A program made the position numbers and the translations under genes. From a virus (lineage: Duplodnaviria > Caudoviricetes): a stretch of 64,000 nt of DNA. Below are positions 1 to 10,270 of the stretch, piece after piece (within the stretch, counting starts at the first letter, position 1; every line of letters starts with the position of its first letter). The stretch lies in IMG/VR virus record IMGVR_UViG_3300023435_000009. The stretch is one strand, 5' to 3'. The notes below the pieces were generated by a model that ran no database searches, was not told the DNA's origin, and saw nothing but the letters and a program-made list of their open reading frames with translations.

Positions 1-2
1 AT

Positions 3-488
3 CAAATCGTTTTGGATGCTGGCATTTTGGCTGCCCGACTTTTCAAAAACAGCACGGACCCAAGCCCGGCCCAGAACAACGGGCTGGTGATGCTGGGGGT
101 GGGCACCGGGGCGACAGGCAACATCCTCTCACCCGACGCCCCGCAGACGGGGCAGCGAGAACTGAACGCCGAGATCGGACGGAAGGCTTTTGCCTCTACT
201 CAGTTCAGGAATGCCAACGGGGTGGCGGTTTCCTACCCAACGAACGTCGTGGATTTCACTACGACCTTCGGGGAGGCCGAGGCGGTCGGGCCGTTGAACG
301 AGATGGGCCTGATGAGCACGGCGTCATTGAACCCGCTCATCACGAACCCGATCCAGAACGGCCCGACTGACTATGACCCGACGATTGATGTGACTGGCAA
401 AGACCTGATGGCTAACTATTTAACCTTCAGTTGTCTTTCAAAGCCGTCGACTGCGGTGCTGACCATTACGTGGAGACTTTCCTTTTGA
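3..488 (+). CDS. Phage tail/baseplate-associated structural protein, 5' truncated by window edge
   Basis: Frame is open to the window start (QIVLDAGILAARLF...). The pattern GVGTG...L..EIGRK...FTTTFGEAEAVGPLNEMGL...TF..LSK.....LTITWRLSF is typical of small phage tail-region proteins. First gene of the structural operon. Confidence 0.6.
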   Translation, partial: QIVLDAGILAARLFKNSTDPSPAQNNGLVMLGVGTGATGNILSPDAPQTGQRELNAEIGRKAFASTQFRNANGVAVSYPTNVVDFTTTFGEAEAVGPLNEMGLMSTASLNPLITNPIQNGPTDYDPTIDVTGKDLMANYLTFSCLSKPSTAVLTITWRLSF

Positions 489-1495
489 TGTCCGAACCAA
501 CAATGAGCTTAGAGAATGTAGACATGGTGATTTGTAAGAACCATCTCCATGTTGTGGTGTGTCAAATCTGTGGTGTAGAACGACGACGGTTGGGGGCACA
601 CATCAAAGCGACACATGCTATGACAGTTGAGGAATACAAAACGAAATATCCAGATGCCTTAACAGAGGTGCCGGGTTCCCGAAAACGATCTCCTGAATGT
701 CGAGCCAAACAATCTGTAGCAGCATTCAAACGATGGGCAAACCCTGATGAACGGGCTGCACAATCAGTTCGGCTTAAAAAGGCCGCTCCCTGGAAGGGTA
801 AAAAATTCACCGATGAGCACAAACGTGCTATCAGTAGGGGTGGCCGTGGCATTTCGCACAAGTTGACTGATGAGTCGAGACAAGCGCAGGGGGACCGGGG
901 TCGGCGTGTGCTGTCTGAGATCCGTAATGATCCACAGGTCCGTTTGAAGATAGGAGCAGCAACCAGGCGTCGGTTCCAACAGGGGGAACAATTTGGGTTT
1001 CGGAGTCCCGGCGTTTTTGATAGGATTATGGCCTCAAAGGTACGAAACGGAACTGTGGTGTCCGCAAACGCTGGACGGGGTATTACTGGCTTCCGTGTTG
1101 GTATTCCACACTATTGTCGAAGTACCCTTGAAGCCAATTTCGCTAGAGTACTTATATCGGAGAACATCCCATATGAGTACGAGCCAAAGGTGTTCCTTTT
1201 GCCTAACGGTCAGCGATGGACACCTGATTTCCTGCTGGCTCGGTCGTTGGGAAACCTTGTACCTGCGGGTTGGGTCGAACTGAAGGGGTGGCGAAATAAG
1301 GATGGGACTTTGCCCGGTGCTGCGGACAGCAAAATCAAAGCTTTTGAATCTATGACGGGCGAACATATGACTGTAGTTACCCAGGATAGTACCCTGTGGG
1401 GCGTAATTGAGAAACGTTACGCTGGTAAGGGGGCCTGGGAAACTGGTCGCCGGAACAGACGGACCCATCCAGAAGTGTTCGGACGGACAAAATAG
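488..1495 (+). CDS. Free-standing homing endonuclease: Zn finger (CQICG..HIKATH) + NUMOD3-like basic repeats + PD-(D/E)xK nuclease
   Basis: ATG overlaps the upstream TGA (TGATG at 486-490). Motifs WKGKKFTDEHKRAIS (NUMOD3-like) and RSTLEANFAR...YEYEP...WTPDF...WVELKGW (PD-(D/E)xK). AT-richer than flanking genes. Confidence 0.75.
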   Translation: MSEPTMSLENVDMVICKNHLHVVVCQICGVERRRLGAHIKATHAMTVEEYKTKYPDALTEVPGSRKRSPECRAKQSVAAFKRWANPDERAAQSVRLKKAAPWKGKKFTDEHKRAISRGGRGISHKLTDESRQAQGDRGRRVLSEIRNDPQVRLKIGAATRRRFQQGEQFGFRSPGVFDRIMASKVRNGTVVSANAGRGITGFRVGIPHYCRSTLEANFARVLISENIPYEYEPKVFLLPNGQRWTPDFLLARSLGNLVPAGWVELKGWRNKDGTLPGAADSKIKAFESMTGEHMTVVTQDSTLWGVIEKRYAGKGAWETGRRNRRTHPEVFGRTK

Positions 1496-1506
1496 GGGTA
1501 GGGGAG

Positions 1507-4500
1507 ATGGCCGTGAAAGATTACACCAAGCATTACGACGGATTGAGAGATCCGCTGGGTGCTACGCCGACCCCAAATACTGTGTCTCGAAACATCGAGG
1601 TCGGAGAGCGGGCACTTACGACTGTCGTATGGCAGTCCGGCAAGGCCGTCCTCGATTCTGAGTTGCAGTGTGGCCAGGATGCAGCCTGGTGGGATACCTT
1701 CACGTTCAGGCGGTGGCAGGTGCCTTCCGGCTGGTTGCGGGGGCAGACTCACTACGACGTCCTGCACGATTACACCCTCCAACTCGCTCCGGCAGTGGTC
1801 GTGGACGACATCGAAGACTATGGTGGATCGTACGGGTCCATTGGGCCAGGTGATGCCGGGATCCTCCCCGATCGAACGATGATCAACTGTTTCCTACTTC
1901 CTCGGTTGGAGTGTGTGGTGGCAGGACGGCCCATCGTCGTAGAGTACACCTACACCCGAACGCCGGGTTGGAACCTGATCCCCTTGTCACCTCCTCAGAC
2001 ATATGACGGGACTGAGGGGACAGTGAAGCGCACGGACTTCCTGTTCCTTGAAGTTTGGCAGGCGCTTGTTGCCCCCAGCCCGAAGGCTTCGGGTCAGCTT
2101 CAGGTGGCCGACGCTGCTGTCCTGGTTGCTGGTGACCTCGTAACAATTGCGGGGATGAATCTTACGGCAGTCGCCATTCCCGGTGGGGTGGACACATTCC
2201 TCATTGGTGTGGACGAGGCAGCCACCGCTGCCAACATCGCCCAGGCCCTCAATGACCCTGCCAACTCCTTCGCCACCACGGTGGCGGCTTCAGTTTCCTT
2301 TGACACAGTCACGGTCGAAGGTGTAGTGCCCGGAGCGGGGGATGTTGGGCCTCCCCCGACAGGGAACTTCATCACCCTTGCTGTAACGACGATGGTGGTC
2401 GGAGCGATGGTGGTCTCAGGACCGCTGCTGATAGGTGGAGCCGACCGTTTCGCCAAACCTGCTACGGATCAGGATGCCCTCTATCGCCATGGAAACGTGC
2501 TGTCTCCGTGGCCTGTGTGGCTCGAAGACGAGATCGTGGACCCGATAGTGAACGCTGAGACGAGTCAGCGGGTGCAACTTCAGTACCGTATCCGTCACAC
2601 GGACACACACCAGGGCGTGGGCTACAAGAAGCACCCGGACGCCTTCAGCAACACCACGGCGGCACCGGGGCCAGCACCCACCATCTACGCCCAGGGGGGC
2701 ACCCCTGCCCCTGTCAGCCCCTATCCCTTTGTCCCGGCGGATCGCACGTCCGTATGGATGAGTTCCTCTGCTGTTGCCTACGATGTAGAGGACACGGGAC
2801 TCTGGGTGGCGGGTGACGGTTCTGAGGCCGCAGCGATGGCCCTTGGGTCACTGGATGGGTACGTTTATGCCATTCCCCTCTGTTTCGTTCATAGGCATAA
2901 TGACGTCTCCAGCAGCATGGCGGGCTTTAAGGGTTTCGACCCCGTGTCCAATGCCAACGGAGCGCCCACCTATCAGCATCTAGGATACAATGGACCCCTG
3001 GGGGCGATTCCCGCTGGGGCCTCTGACCGTCCTGACTCCCACTACTGCGACGTCATCGACCCGACCCGTATCCTGGATCTCCGGCGACATATTCTGTTGC
3101 CCGGTGGCTTGGACACGGCCTCTGAGTTGCAGTATCAGTTCCAGTCCCTCATGGACGGCTCGAACCACACTTGGTCCGTGGACACATCCAGCAAACAGGA
3201 TCTGGGCGGGGATAGCGGGGACGTGTCCTCCCAGTTCCTCATCTGCAACGAGGTGGGGCGGAGTTCCGCACACCACGGCAACAACGTGACCTCTGGGGAC
3301 ACGCAACGAGGCGTTTTCATTAGAGATTTCGACCATGTCGCCCGGCGTTTCGGGGATCAGCCCGTAGTCGAACGGCTCGTGATCGCTTTCTATCCCGGTG
3401 ACCGGGAGGTTGGTCCTGTGGTTGCACCGGGCCTGATAAACCCCGGCAAGTATGTGGACCCCGTGGTAGGAGGGACGACGACCATCTGGTCTGAGGGCGA
3501 CGTTTTGAACCTGAACCTGGAGGAATTGGATGCCACGACTCTTGGTGGCATCTTCCAGGGCACAGCAGATGGGGGCGGTTCATTCATTCCAGGCGGTTTC
3601 ACTCCCTCGGTAGCTGAATTCGCTCCTTTGGGGACGGTTATCACGGACGTCCTGAGCATCTACCACGATGATGGAGACTGGAACGGCCCGGTGGATCAGA
3701 CCGTCCAGGCGTCCCTCGTCACGGGTTTGGGCACAATGCATCTCCAGGTCACGTTGGATGGCAATCCCACCCAAGTGACTGGGGGTCTCGATGTCGCTAC
3801 CTATGACATGGTTGAGGACTTGGTTGCACCCGCAGACGGGTCACCCCGTAGGATCTTCCTTGAAGTCGAGATCACCTATCCGCTGGGGACGGGGACTACG
3901 GATACCCCGGACCTCCTGATCACTCCTGATGGTGACGTGTACGACGGGTCGAAGGCCTTCGGAGAAGCTCCCGGTCCCGGTCCGATCATTGAGAACGACG
4001 CCGGACAGAGGCCAAACGATTTCGAGGCGCTCCTGGCCCCTGAGTACCGGGACACCTACCGAGAGGTGCATCTGGAGTATATCGCCAACGACACGACCAG
4101 CCATGCAGTGCCCCCGAGTGCGGGTGTTCCGGTGCCCGACACCGTCGTGAGCCGGGACCGGGACACCCTGTACCCGCCACGTCGATTGTACGGTAGTAGG
4201 ACCAAGCTGATCACTGTCGTTGATGCCCAAACGGCGGCTCCCATGGTCGTTGATACGGCTACGACCGAGTACGGAAGTAGTAGCCGGAAGCTGGACGTAA
4301 CAACGAACCTCTCGGGTGTTGGGCACACCCTCTGCGACATCACCTATTTCCCACTGGACCCGATCTCCAACTACGGTGTCAACGGTGGTGGCTATCAGGT
4401 GAGTGCCTACTTCCGGTCGAATGCACCGCAGACGGCTGGGGTCAAAGAGGGGGACATCAAGTCAACGGGGGATGGGGTCATTCCCACCATCCTTAACGTA

Positions 4501-5121
4501 GAACCTCTCCTGATGGGGCCAACTGTGTGGTCCGGGCAGATCGGTTCCGGTTCCCAGGATAGGGGTTACCCCTACGGGATGGCACTGGATCAGATCCCCA
4601 TCAACGATGATGGTGCCGTACCCCTCACCAGGGAGTGGTATTTCTGCGCCACGGCCAACATCGCAGTGTCGGATTTCAACTCGGACACGGGGCTGCTCAA
4701 TCTCCATCCCTTCGTTCCGGCGGACACACAGAACATCCTTCAGTTCGGGGGTCTGGCAGCGGACGAGTCCCCTCTGGTAGATGGCGAATTCAGGGCCTTC
4801 TACCCCTTCGCCGCTGACTGGGTTTACAGGCCGACTGTCCTGTCCCAGCCGTTGTACGGAGCGACACGCCACAAGGTCATGCATCCCTTCCTGGCCAGGA
4901 TCGTGGAAGAGGTTCATGCTGTAGATGGGAACGGGATCCTGTTCCGTAAAAACGAGGTTGTCCTTGTTGTTCTGAGCCGTTTTGCCGAACTGGATGACGA
5001 AAACAACGTGCGCTTCACGGACACGGACAATGCAACGTGCGCTGGTCTGTACCGCACGAGAAATATGCTGCTTATCGTAGGCGACAGGTCCTATCCTGTT
5101 CCGTCTGCGCCTGCACCGTAA
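1507..5121 (+). CDS. Large virion structural protein (baseplate/tail), paralog of 17707-24021
   Basis: 1204 aa, GGGGAG RBS, Gly/Pro/Val/Thr-rich. N-terminal VVWQSGKAVLDSEL motif shared with the 17707 protein. Confidence 0.65.
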   Translation: MAVKDYTKHYDGLRDPLGATPTPNTVSRNIEVGERALTTVVWQSGKAVLDSELQCGQDAAWWDTFTFRRWQVPSGWLRGQTHYDVLHDYTLQLAPAVVVDDIEDYGGSYGSIGPGDAGILPDRTMINCFLLPRLECVVAGRPIVVEYTYTRTPGWNLIPLSPPQTYDGTEGTVKRTDFLFLEVWQALVAPSPKASGQLQVADAAVLVAGDLVTIAGMNLTAVAIPGGVDTFLIGVDEAATAANIAQALNDPANSFATTVAASVSFDTVTVEGVVPGAGDVGPPPTGNFITLAVTTMVVGAMVVSGPLLIGGADRFAKPATDQDALYRHGNVLSPWPVWLEDEIVDPIVNAETSQRVQLQYRIRHTDTHQGVGYKKHPDAFSNTTAAPGPAPTIYAQGGTPAPVSPYPFVPADRTSVWMSSSAVAYDVEDTGLWVAGDGSEAAAMALGSLDGYVYAIPLCFVHRHNDVSSSMAGFKGFDPVSNANGAPTYQHLGYNGPLGAIPAGASDRPDSHYCDVIDPTRILDLRRHILLPGGLDTASELQYQFQSLMDGSNHTWSVDTSSKQDLGGDSGDVSSQFLICNEVGRSSAHHGNNVTSGDTQRGVFIRDFDHVARRFGDQPVVERLVIAFYPGDREVGPVVAPGLINPGKYVDPVVGGTTTIWSEGDVLNLNLEELDATTLGGIFQGTADGGGSFIPGGFTPSVAEFAPLGTVITDVLSIYHDDGDWNGPVDQTVQASLVTGLGTMHLQVTLDGNPTQVTGGLDVATYDMVEDLVAPADGSPRRIFLEVEITYPLGTGTTDTPDLLITPDGDVYDGSKAFGEAPGPGPIIENDAGQRPNDFEALLAPEYRDTYREVHLEYIANDTTSHAVPPSAGVPVPDTVVSRDRDTLYPPRRLYGSRTKLITVVDAQTAAPMVVDTATTEYGSSSRKLDVTTNLSGVGHTLCDITYFPLDPISNYGVNGGGYQVSAYFRSNAPQTAGVKEGDIKSTGDGVIPTILNVEPLLMGPTVWSGQIGSGSQDRGYPYGMALDQIPINDDGAVPLTREWYFCATANIAVSDFNSDTGLLNLHPFVPADTQNILQFGGLAADESPLVDGEFRAFYPFAADWVYRPTVLSQPLYGATRHKVMHPFLARIVEEVHAVDGNGILFRKNEVVLVVLSRFAELDDENNVRFTDTDNATCAGLYRTRNMLLIVGDRSYPVPSAPAP

Positions 5122-5135
5122 TAGGGGGAACGGAG

Positions 5136-8100
5136 ATGCCGAGACCGACTAACCCTGGAAGCATCAAGACAGGTCCAGGCAAGACCACTCCGGGCCAGAC
5201 GGATGAGTATGCTCTTGTCGGCGCTGGGATGGTCGGGCTGCCCCCGAACATTGGGGAGCCTGGTTTCATCCCACCCGGAGGAATCGTTCCTGAAGCCGGG
5301 TACCCCATGCCTCCGCTGGGCGGCGTGGCCGGAACTGGTGCTGTCCTTCTGACTCATCTGAATGACCCTAGTGGGGCACATTCGGCCATCGCTATCAGCA
5401 TCGACGGGCATCCCCCGTTGATCTTCTCGGAGAACGTCGAAGGAGCCTTGGACGAACTCATGGGTGCTATCGCCCCCGAGCCCCCGAAACTTGGTGAGTG
5501 GCTCGCACATATTACCCCACAGTTCGACTGCGTCCCCGACTGGGGTGAGGCTCGGATGGACGACGGTCCTGTTCCTCATGAGGAACCCCCAGGGAACACG
5601 GAGACTGGCGAGGAGGTCTACCCCTGCTACTGGACGGCCCCGACTCCGGTGGGGGATGTGTCCTTCCTGTCCTATGGTCTCCCTGGTGAGGATCCCTACA
5701 CGGACCCCATCTGGAATCACATCCCAAGCAGTCTTGGGGTGGGACTGGTCGAGGTCTGCCCCATCGCTGGGGGCTACACAGACCCCGTTACCGATGGTGT
5801 CGTGCGGACACGCCTCTTCACGCCCCTTGCGGCCCTTCCGTGGGCCACGGAGGACGCTCCTGTCATCAACCTATCGGGTGCTCTTCACCCGGCAGACAGA
5901 GGTGTTCTGGCGCTTGTTCATTTCCCGTCCCTGGACTCGGGGACCGCCTTCCTTGACCAGACGTTGGAGGAGAGGTGCTGGGCGGCTCTCCTGCTGGGCC
6001 AGGGGCTGTACCAGAATCCGGGGTGCATCGCCAGTCCTACCCCAACGAGTTGCGATGGGGATGTAGGGGGCATTTTCGCCCCCGGTGAAGACGCTGACGG
6101 CAACTACGATCCCTTTGCTTATCCGGGCAGGGCCTCAGGGCAGTATGATCTGGAGGAAATGCACACAGGACTGTCAGGTATCGATGGGTCAGCCCTTCCG
6201 GCGGCGGGGGCACCGAGAGTCAAGGACGCTATAATTCCCGGAGCCGGTCAGGTTCGACTGGGTACGGACCCTGACGCTGGTGAGATTGACCCCACGGACT
6301 ACGGCATCCCAATCCTGGGGGCGAGCGTTGCAGCGTACAGCCCTGTCGTACTCAACAACGCCAGTTTCATCCCTCCGACTCCCACGTTGGGTCGGACGGT
6401 AGTGGCACCAGACAACTTTTTCCGATACCGCCTGCCCTATCTGGATGATTACAGCCAGAGCACAGGACTGAAGTACACCCCGAGAGGGGAGACCCCTATT
6501 GGCACACGGGAGACGGGGCGCTACTTCGAGGTGGCTCTTCCTTACAACACGATTGCTGGCCTGGTGGAGACAGTAGGGGGTGCCGACCGACTAGTAAACG
6601 CTGGAGCCTATGGGGGTTTCGATCAGGACTATTGGACCTGGCAGCTTGCCCGGTACAAGCAGTTCTTCTTCCAGTCCGAAGCTGTTGTAGCTGGCCGACG
6701 CATCGGGACCAACGTCTTGATCCATTTCAAGACCGAAGCGGACTTCGAAACCTGCGTCCGAGATGGTGTGATGCCCTGGGATGCGGCGGACGGATACGAG
6801 ACCTATGGGGTGACTCCTCAGGTGGATCCGCTCGTTGGTGTCCCGGACACCTATGCCGATCTGGTGAACCGTAAGGTGGTTGGGGACATTCCGCCGACGT
6901 ATGGCTACGAGGGCAACGCTTACAACGTCCTGCGGGAGAACATGTTCCTGGCGGATACCGTCACGACCCCGACGCCGGACGTCGCATCCGAGTGGAGCTA
7001 CGATGTCAGCGTCCCACCACTTGACTACATGTATGTCAGCGGGGTGGCCTACATGGTCCCGCTGCACATCGACGGCACGACCAACTTCCGCATTGCCACG
7101 TTGTACGCTGAGTTCGCCAACGCTTGGGACGATGGTTACAGGGTGGATGACAACCCGATGACGGGTGATCCTTCGGCAGAGCCCTCCTCGGTCTCCAGTG
7201 CCAACCCGGCGCTCCTGTCCCTGTCCCACTTTGCTTACGACACGGTGGCGGGTACTCCGACCTACAACATCCCTGGTGGTACCACGGATGCACGGGGCGA
7301 GCGACGACAGCGGGTGGAGTTCCCCTTCACCTTCACAGGTCTCTTCACGGAAAATCTGGGGCCAACGGCTGCGGATGCCCTCGTGATTCAGTTCCAAACC
7401 GCTGCGACCCTCGACGGGGATGTTCTACCTGCCTTTGCAACGAATGCTGCCCCCCGAGTGTTTGTGAGGCGTCCCACGACGCCTCCGATGCAGCCCGTTT
7501 CGGCTGATGGACTTGGGTATAAACTGCCCCTGAGTGGAGCACTCACCGATCAGGTGCTCTTCCACTCCACTGGTTTCCACCTTGCGGCTGGTGTCGGAGT
7601 GGGTTCATCCTTCGGCAACTTTGTCGATGCTACTCCCCGAGCTTGGGGTATCCTTTCGGATGCAACGAAGGATGTGTCCGAACGGTTCCTGGATGAGGTG
7701 TACCGGATCAAGCAAGACCTCCCGATTGTTGGTTGGCCCGCAGCCAAGATAGCGGCTCTTGTTGGACCTGGAATGGGCACCTGGGCTGGTGGTCCCGCCC
7801 CCGTGCCCGTTCAGATCGGGAACACGGCATACATCCCGGCTCCCGCTCAGGCGGTATGGGATCCGGCGTCATGGCTCCAGGAGCAGGACTACTTGACCTC
7901 CGTCGCTCTGGTGCCTGAGCTTCAGGCGGCAGGACAGCCCGACAGAAACCCGCCGCCCGAAAACTGGATACGAAATCCGTTCGCTTCCGCTGGGGTGCTG
8001 TTGTACCCCCAGACGGACTACACGACGAACTTCCGTCCGGCGGTGGGGGAATTATCCGGTGCTGACACACAGTTCGATTACAGTGCAGCCGCCGGACTGC

Positions 8101-8750
8101 GAGAGTACATCCGTGCCTTCGATGCAGCCTTCTCCCGTGATGCGACGCTTCACTGGGATGCCGCTGGTCAGGCCACAGTGACCTTCCGCATCGACGGGCT
8201 GGTCCTGGGTGATTTCGCCTTTACAGGTGTCGGTCCGGGAGCTTTGGCCATCGCTGGTCAGGACATTGCCATCATGATCAAGGTGCCGGGTTTGACGACC
8301 TGGATGGACGTTGGTCGCCGTGACGGTGATGGACCCAGCAAGCAGGATGCTTTCTCGGACGGGGCTGGTTGTCAGGTAGTCGGGCCTTATACCTTCACGG
8401 GCGTAGACCCGGACACAGGGGCCGTTTTCAGCCAGATCCGTATCCATGTTGGTCCAGTGGCAACACTGGCCGCAGGGTACTCTATCGGTGGGGGTACCCC
8501 ACGGGATGAGGTTCCCGTTTTGGTGAAGGTCATGGCAGGCCCAGACTTCACGAACTACGACCTCACGATGAAGGCCACGGTGCCCGGCACCTTCCTCCCG
8601 GCTGTTGCCGATCCCGCAGTGTGGGCGCATCGGGTTCGGGGCATCCAGGAACTTTCGCTGGTACACCCCGACAACGTGCTGGCCCCGACTGCGGCGGAAT
8701 TGAGTGCTTGGGAAGCGTACATGGACCCGGCGACTGGTCCTGGGGCCTGA
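5136..8750 (+). CDS. Large virion structural protein
   Basis: About 1204 aa from ATG 5136 (MPRPTNPGSIK) with a GGAG RBS. Composition and position within the structural operon. Confidence 0.55.
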   Translation: MPRPTNPGSIKTGPGKTTPGQTDEYALVGAGMVGLPPNIGEPGFIPPGGIVPEAGYPMPPLGGVAGTGAVLLTHLNDPSGAHSAIAISIDGHPPLIFSENVEGALDELMGAIAPEPPKLGEWLAHITPQFDCVPDWGEARMDDGPVPHEEPPGNTETGEEVYPCYWTAPTPVGDVSFLSYGLPGEDPYTDPIWNHIPSSLGVGLVEVCPIAGGYTDPVTDGVVRTRLFTPLAALPWATEDAPVINLSGALHPADRGVLALVHFPSLDSGTAFLDQTLEERCWAALLLGQGLYQNPGCIASPTPTSCDGDVGGIFAPGEDADGNYDPFAYPGRASGQYDLEEMHTGLSGIDGSALPAAGAPRVKDAIIPGAGQVRLGTDPDAGEIDPTDYGIPILGASVAAYSPVVLNNASFIPPTPTLGRTVVAPDNFFRYRLPYLDDYSQSTGLKYTPRGETPIGTRETGRYFEVALPYNTIAGLVETVGGADRLVNAGAYGGFDQDYWTWQLARYKQFFFQSEAVVAGRRIGTNVLIHFKTEADFETCVRDGVMPWDAADGYETYGVTPQVDPLVGVPDTYADLVNRKVVGDIPPTYGYEGNAYNVLRENMFLADTVTTPTPDVASEWSYDVSVPPLDYMYVSGVAYMVPLHIDGTTNFRIATLYAEFANAWDDGYRVDDNPMTGDPSAEPSSVSSANPALLSLSHFAYDTVAGTPTYNIPGGTTDARGERRQRVEFPFTFTGLFTENLGPTAADALVIQFQTAATLDGDVLPAFATNAAPRVFVRRPTTPPMQPVSADGLGYKLPLSGALTDQVLFHSTGFHLAAGVGVGSSFGNFVDATPRAWGILSDATKDVSERFLDEVYRIKQDLPIVGWPAAKIAALVGPGMGTWAGGPAPVPVQIGNTAYIPAPAQAVWDPASWLQEQDYLTSVALVPELQAAGQPDRNPPPENWIRNPFASAGVLLYPQTDYTTNFRPAVGELSGADTQFDYSAAAGLREYIRAFDAAFSRDATLHWDAAGQATVTFRIDGLVLGDFAFTGVGPGALAIAGQDIAIMIKVPGLTTWMDVGRRDGDGPSKQDAFSDGAGCQVVGPYTFTGVDPDTGAVFSQIRIHVGPVATLAAGYSIGGGTPRDEVPVLVKVMAGPDFTNYDLTMKATVPGTFLPAVADPAVWAHRVRGIQELSLVHPDNVLAPTAAELSAWEAYMDPATGPGA

Positions 8751-8820
8751 TCGGTGAGTTGGTTATAAGGATCCCTGGTTAGGCGTAGCATGGAGGACAA
8801 ATAGGCATTTGGCTTTTTAT

Positions 8821-10256
8821 TTGAAGACACCCTCACTAGGACGTGACGGGGGGGAAATACAGACTAGATGAAGGTTACCCGAATACTCTTTTCCAAAAAC
8901 CTCAATGCAGGTAAATTCACTGCCTTAGAGGAACAAGCGCACCGATTAGGGGAACTTCGTTCAGAAATATGGCAACGATTCGGATCTGTAAATGGGGTGG
9001 GAAAATCGGATAGGGAAATCCGGGACGAATGGCTGCAACAGAAGAAAGAGTTTGATGTTCCAGCCAACGCCTGGAAAGAAACCCTAAGGGATACTGTTTC
9101 TGACATCAAGACCTCTAGGGAAGCAGCAAAGGTCAAAGCAAGAAAAGCGGTTTGCCGCCACACAACTGACGTTGCTGAAAGAAAGTGTCTGTATACGCTT
9201 CTTAAGTCAGATAATTGGACCACCGATCCTTATTTGACTCGTATCATGCGAAAGTACTGGAAGCGAGGACACAACCACACCCATAATCAGATCATCGTTC
9301 GTACTGACAACTACAGGACTTTTGAACTCGACGGTAGCGTTTGGCTTAAGATACCAGGGTTAACACCACGAAAAAGGATCTCGATTCCCTTAGACACTAA
9401 CGTACACCCAACAGGTACTCTCCGACTGATCCTTCGAGGTGGTAAGGTTGAGATCCATTATCAAATCGAGGTCAAAAAGGAAAACCGTCACGGAGACAAA
9501 ACACTTGGGGTGGACAAAGGTTACACGGAAGTCCTTGTAGATTCTGACGGAGACCACCATGGGGAAGGATTGGGGAAACTGTTGTCCTCAGAGTCCGGTT
9601 ACCTGAAGGTCAAATACCAACGACGAAACAAACTCAAGGCAATTGCTAGGAACAAGCCTCATAAAAGGGTGGACATCGAACGAAACAATCTTGGTCGAAA
9701 GAAACTTGATCGACGAGATCGGGTTGTAAAGGTTTGTGTTCGAGACAAGGTTTTCAAAGCTGCTCATGCTGTTGTTGATAAAGCAGCAGTAGTGGTTGCT
9801 GAGGATTTAACCTCACCTATTCCTTCGAAAAGATCTTATGGGAGGAATATGAACCGGCGACTTTCCGCTTGGACCAAGGGTGTCATTGCGGAGAGTCTTG
9901 ATTCCGTATCTCAGCGTAGAGGTTCTACGCTTGCGCTCGTTAATTGTGCATATACATCGCAAGTGGATTCTCGTTATGGTGTTCTTCGTGGACGTCGTAA
10001 GGGGGATTCGTTTTACTGTTTTGATGGGGTTGTTTTGCACTCTGATGAGAATGCTGCACGAAACGTTTTGGCAAGACATTACGACTTTGAGATAGGTCGT
10101 TGGACTCCGTACCGGAAAGTTCGGGGTATTTTGCTTGAGCGGACTAAATGCCATCGGTTGGGACTGCTCAACCTGGACACCAGTTGCAGACCGGAGGGTC
10201 TATCAACGGTGAGCGAATTACCTTTGCAAGGTAAGGGGCAATTATGCCATGCCTAA
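8821..10256 (+). mobile_element. Non-autonomous TnpB element (ends approximate)
   Basis: TTTAT at 8816-8820 followed by a hairpin (ccctcac-taggac-gtgacggg, ~8830-8850) as a possible left end. TCAA at 10203-10206 and a hairpin ttacct-ttgca-aggtaa (~10218-10234) near the 3' end. End positions are inferred, not proven. Confidence 0.4.
8868..10256 (+). CDS. tnpB: TnpB-family RNA-guided endonuclease (IS200/IS605/IS607 superfamily), no transposase adjacent
   Basis: RuvC-I LGVDKGYT, RuvC-II VVAEDL, RuvC-III HSDENAARNVL, and NCAYTSQ preceding the Zn-finger region. AT-richer than flanks. Confidence 0.88.
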   Translation: MKVTRILFSKNLNAGKFTALEEQAHRLGELRSEIWQRFGSVNGVGKSDREIRDEWLQQKKEFDVPANAWKETLRDTVSDIKTSREAAKVKARKAVCRHTTDVAERKCLYTLLKSDNWTTDPYLTRIMRKYWKRGHNHTHNQIIVRTDNYRTFELDGSVWLKIPGLTPRKRISIPLDTNVHPTGTLRLILRGGKVEIHYQIEVKKENRHGDKTLGVDKGYTEVLVDSDGDHHGEGLGKLLSSESGYLKVKYQRRNKLKAIARNKPHKRVDIERNNLGRKKLDRRDRVVKVCVRDKVFKAAHAVVDKAAVVVAEDLTSPIPSKRSYGRNMNRRLSAWTKGVIAESLDSVSQRRGSTLALVNCAYTSQVDSRYGVLRGRRKGDSFYCFDGVVLHSDENAARNVLARHYDFEIGRWTPYRKVRGILLERTKCHRLGLLNLDTSCRPEGLSTVSELPLQGKGQLCHA

Positions 10257-10270
10257 AGGAACAGTGACGG

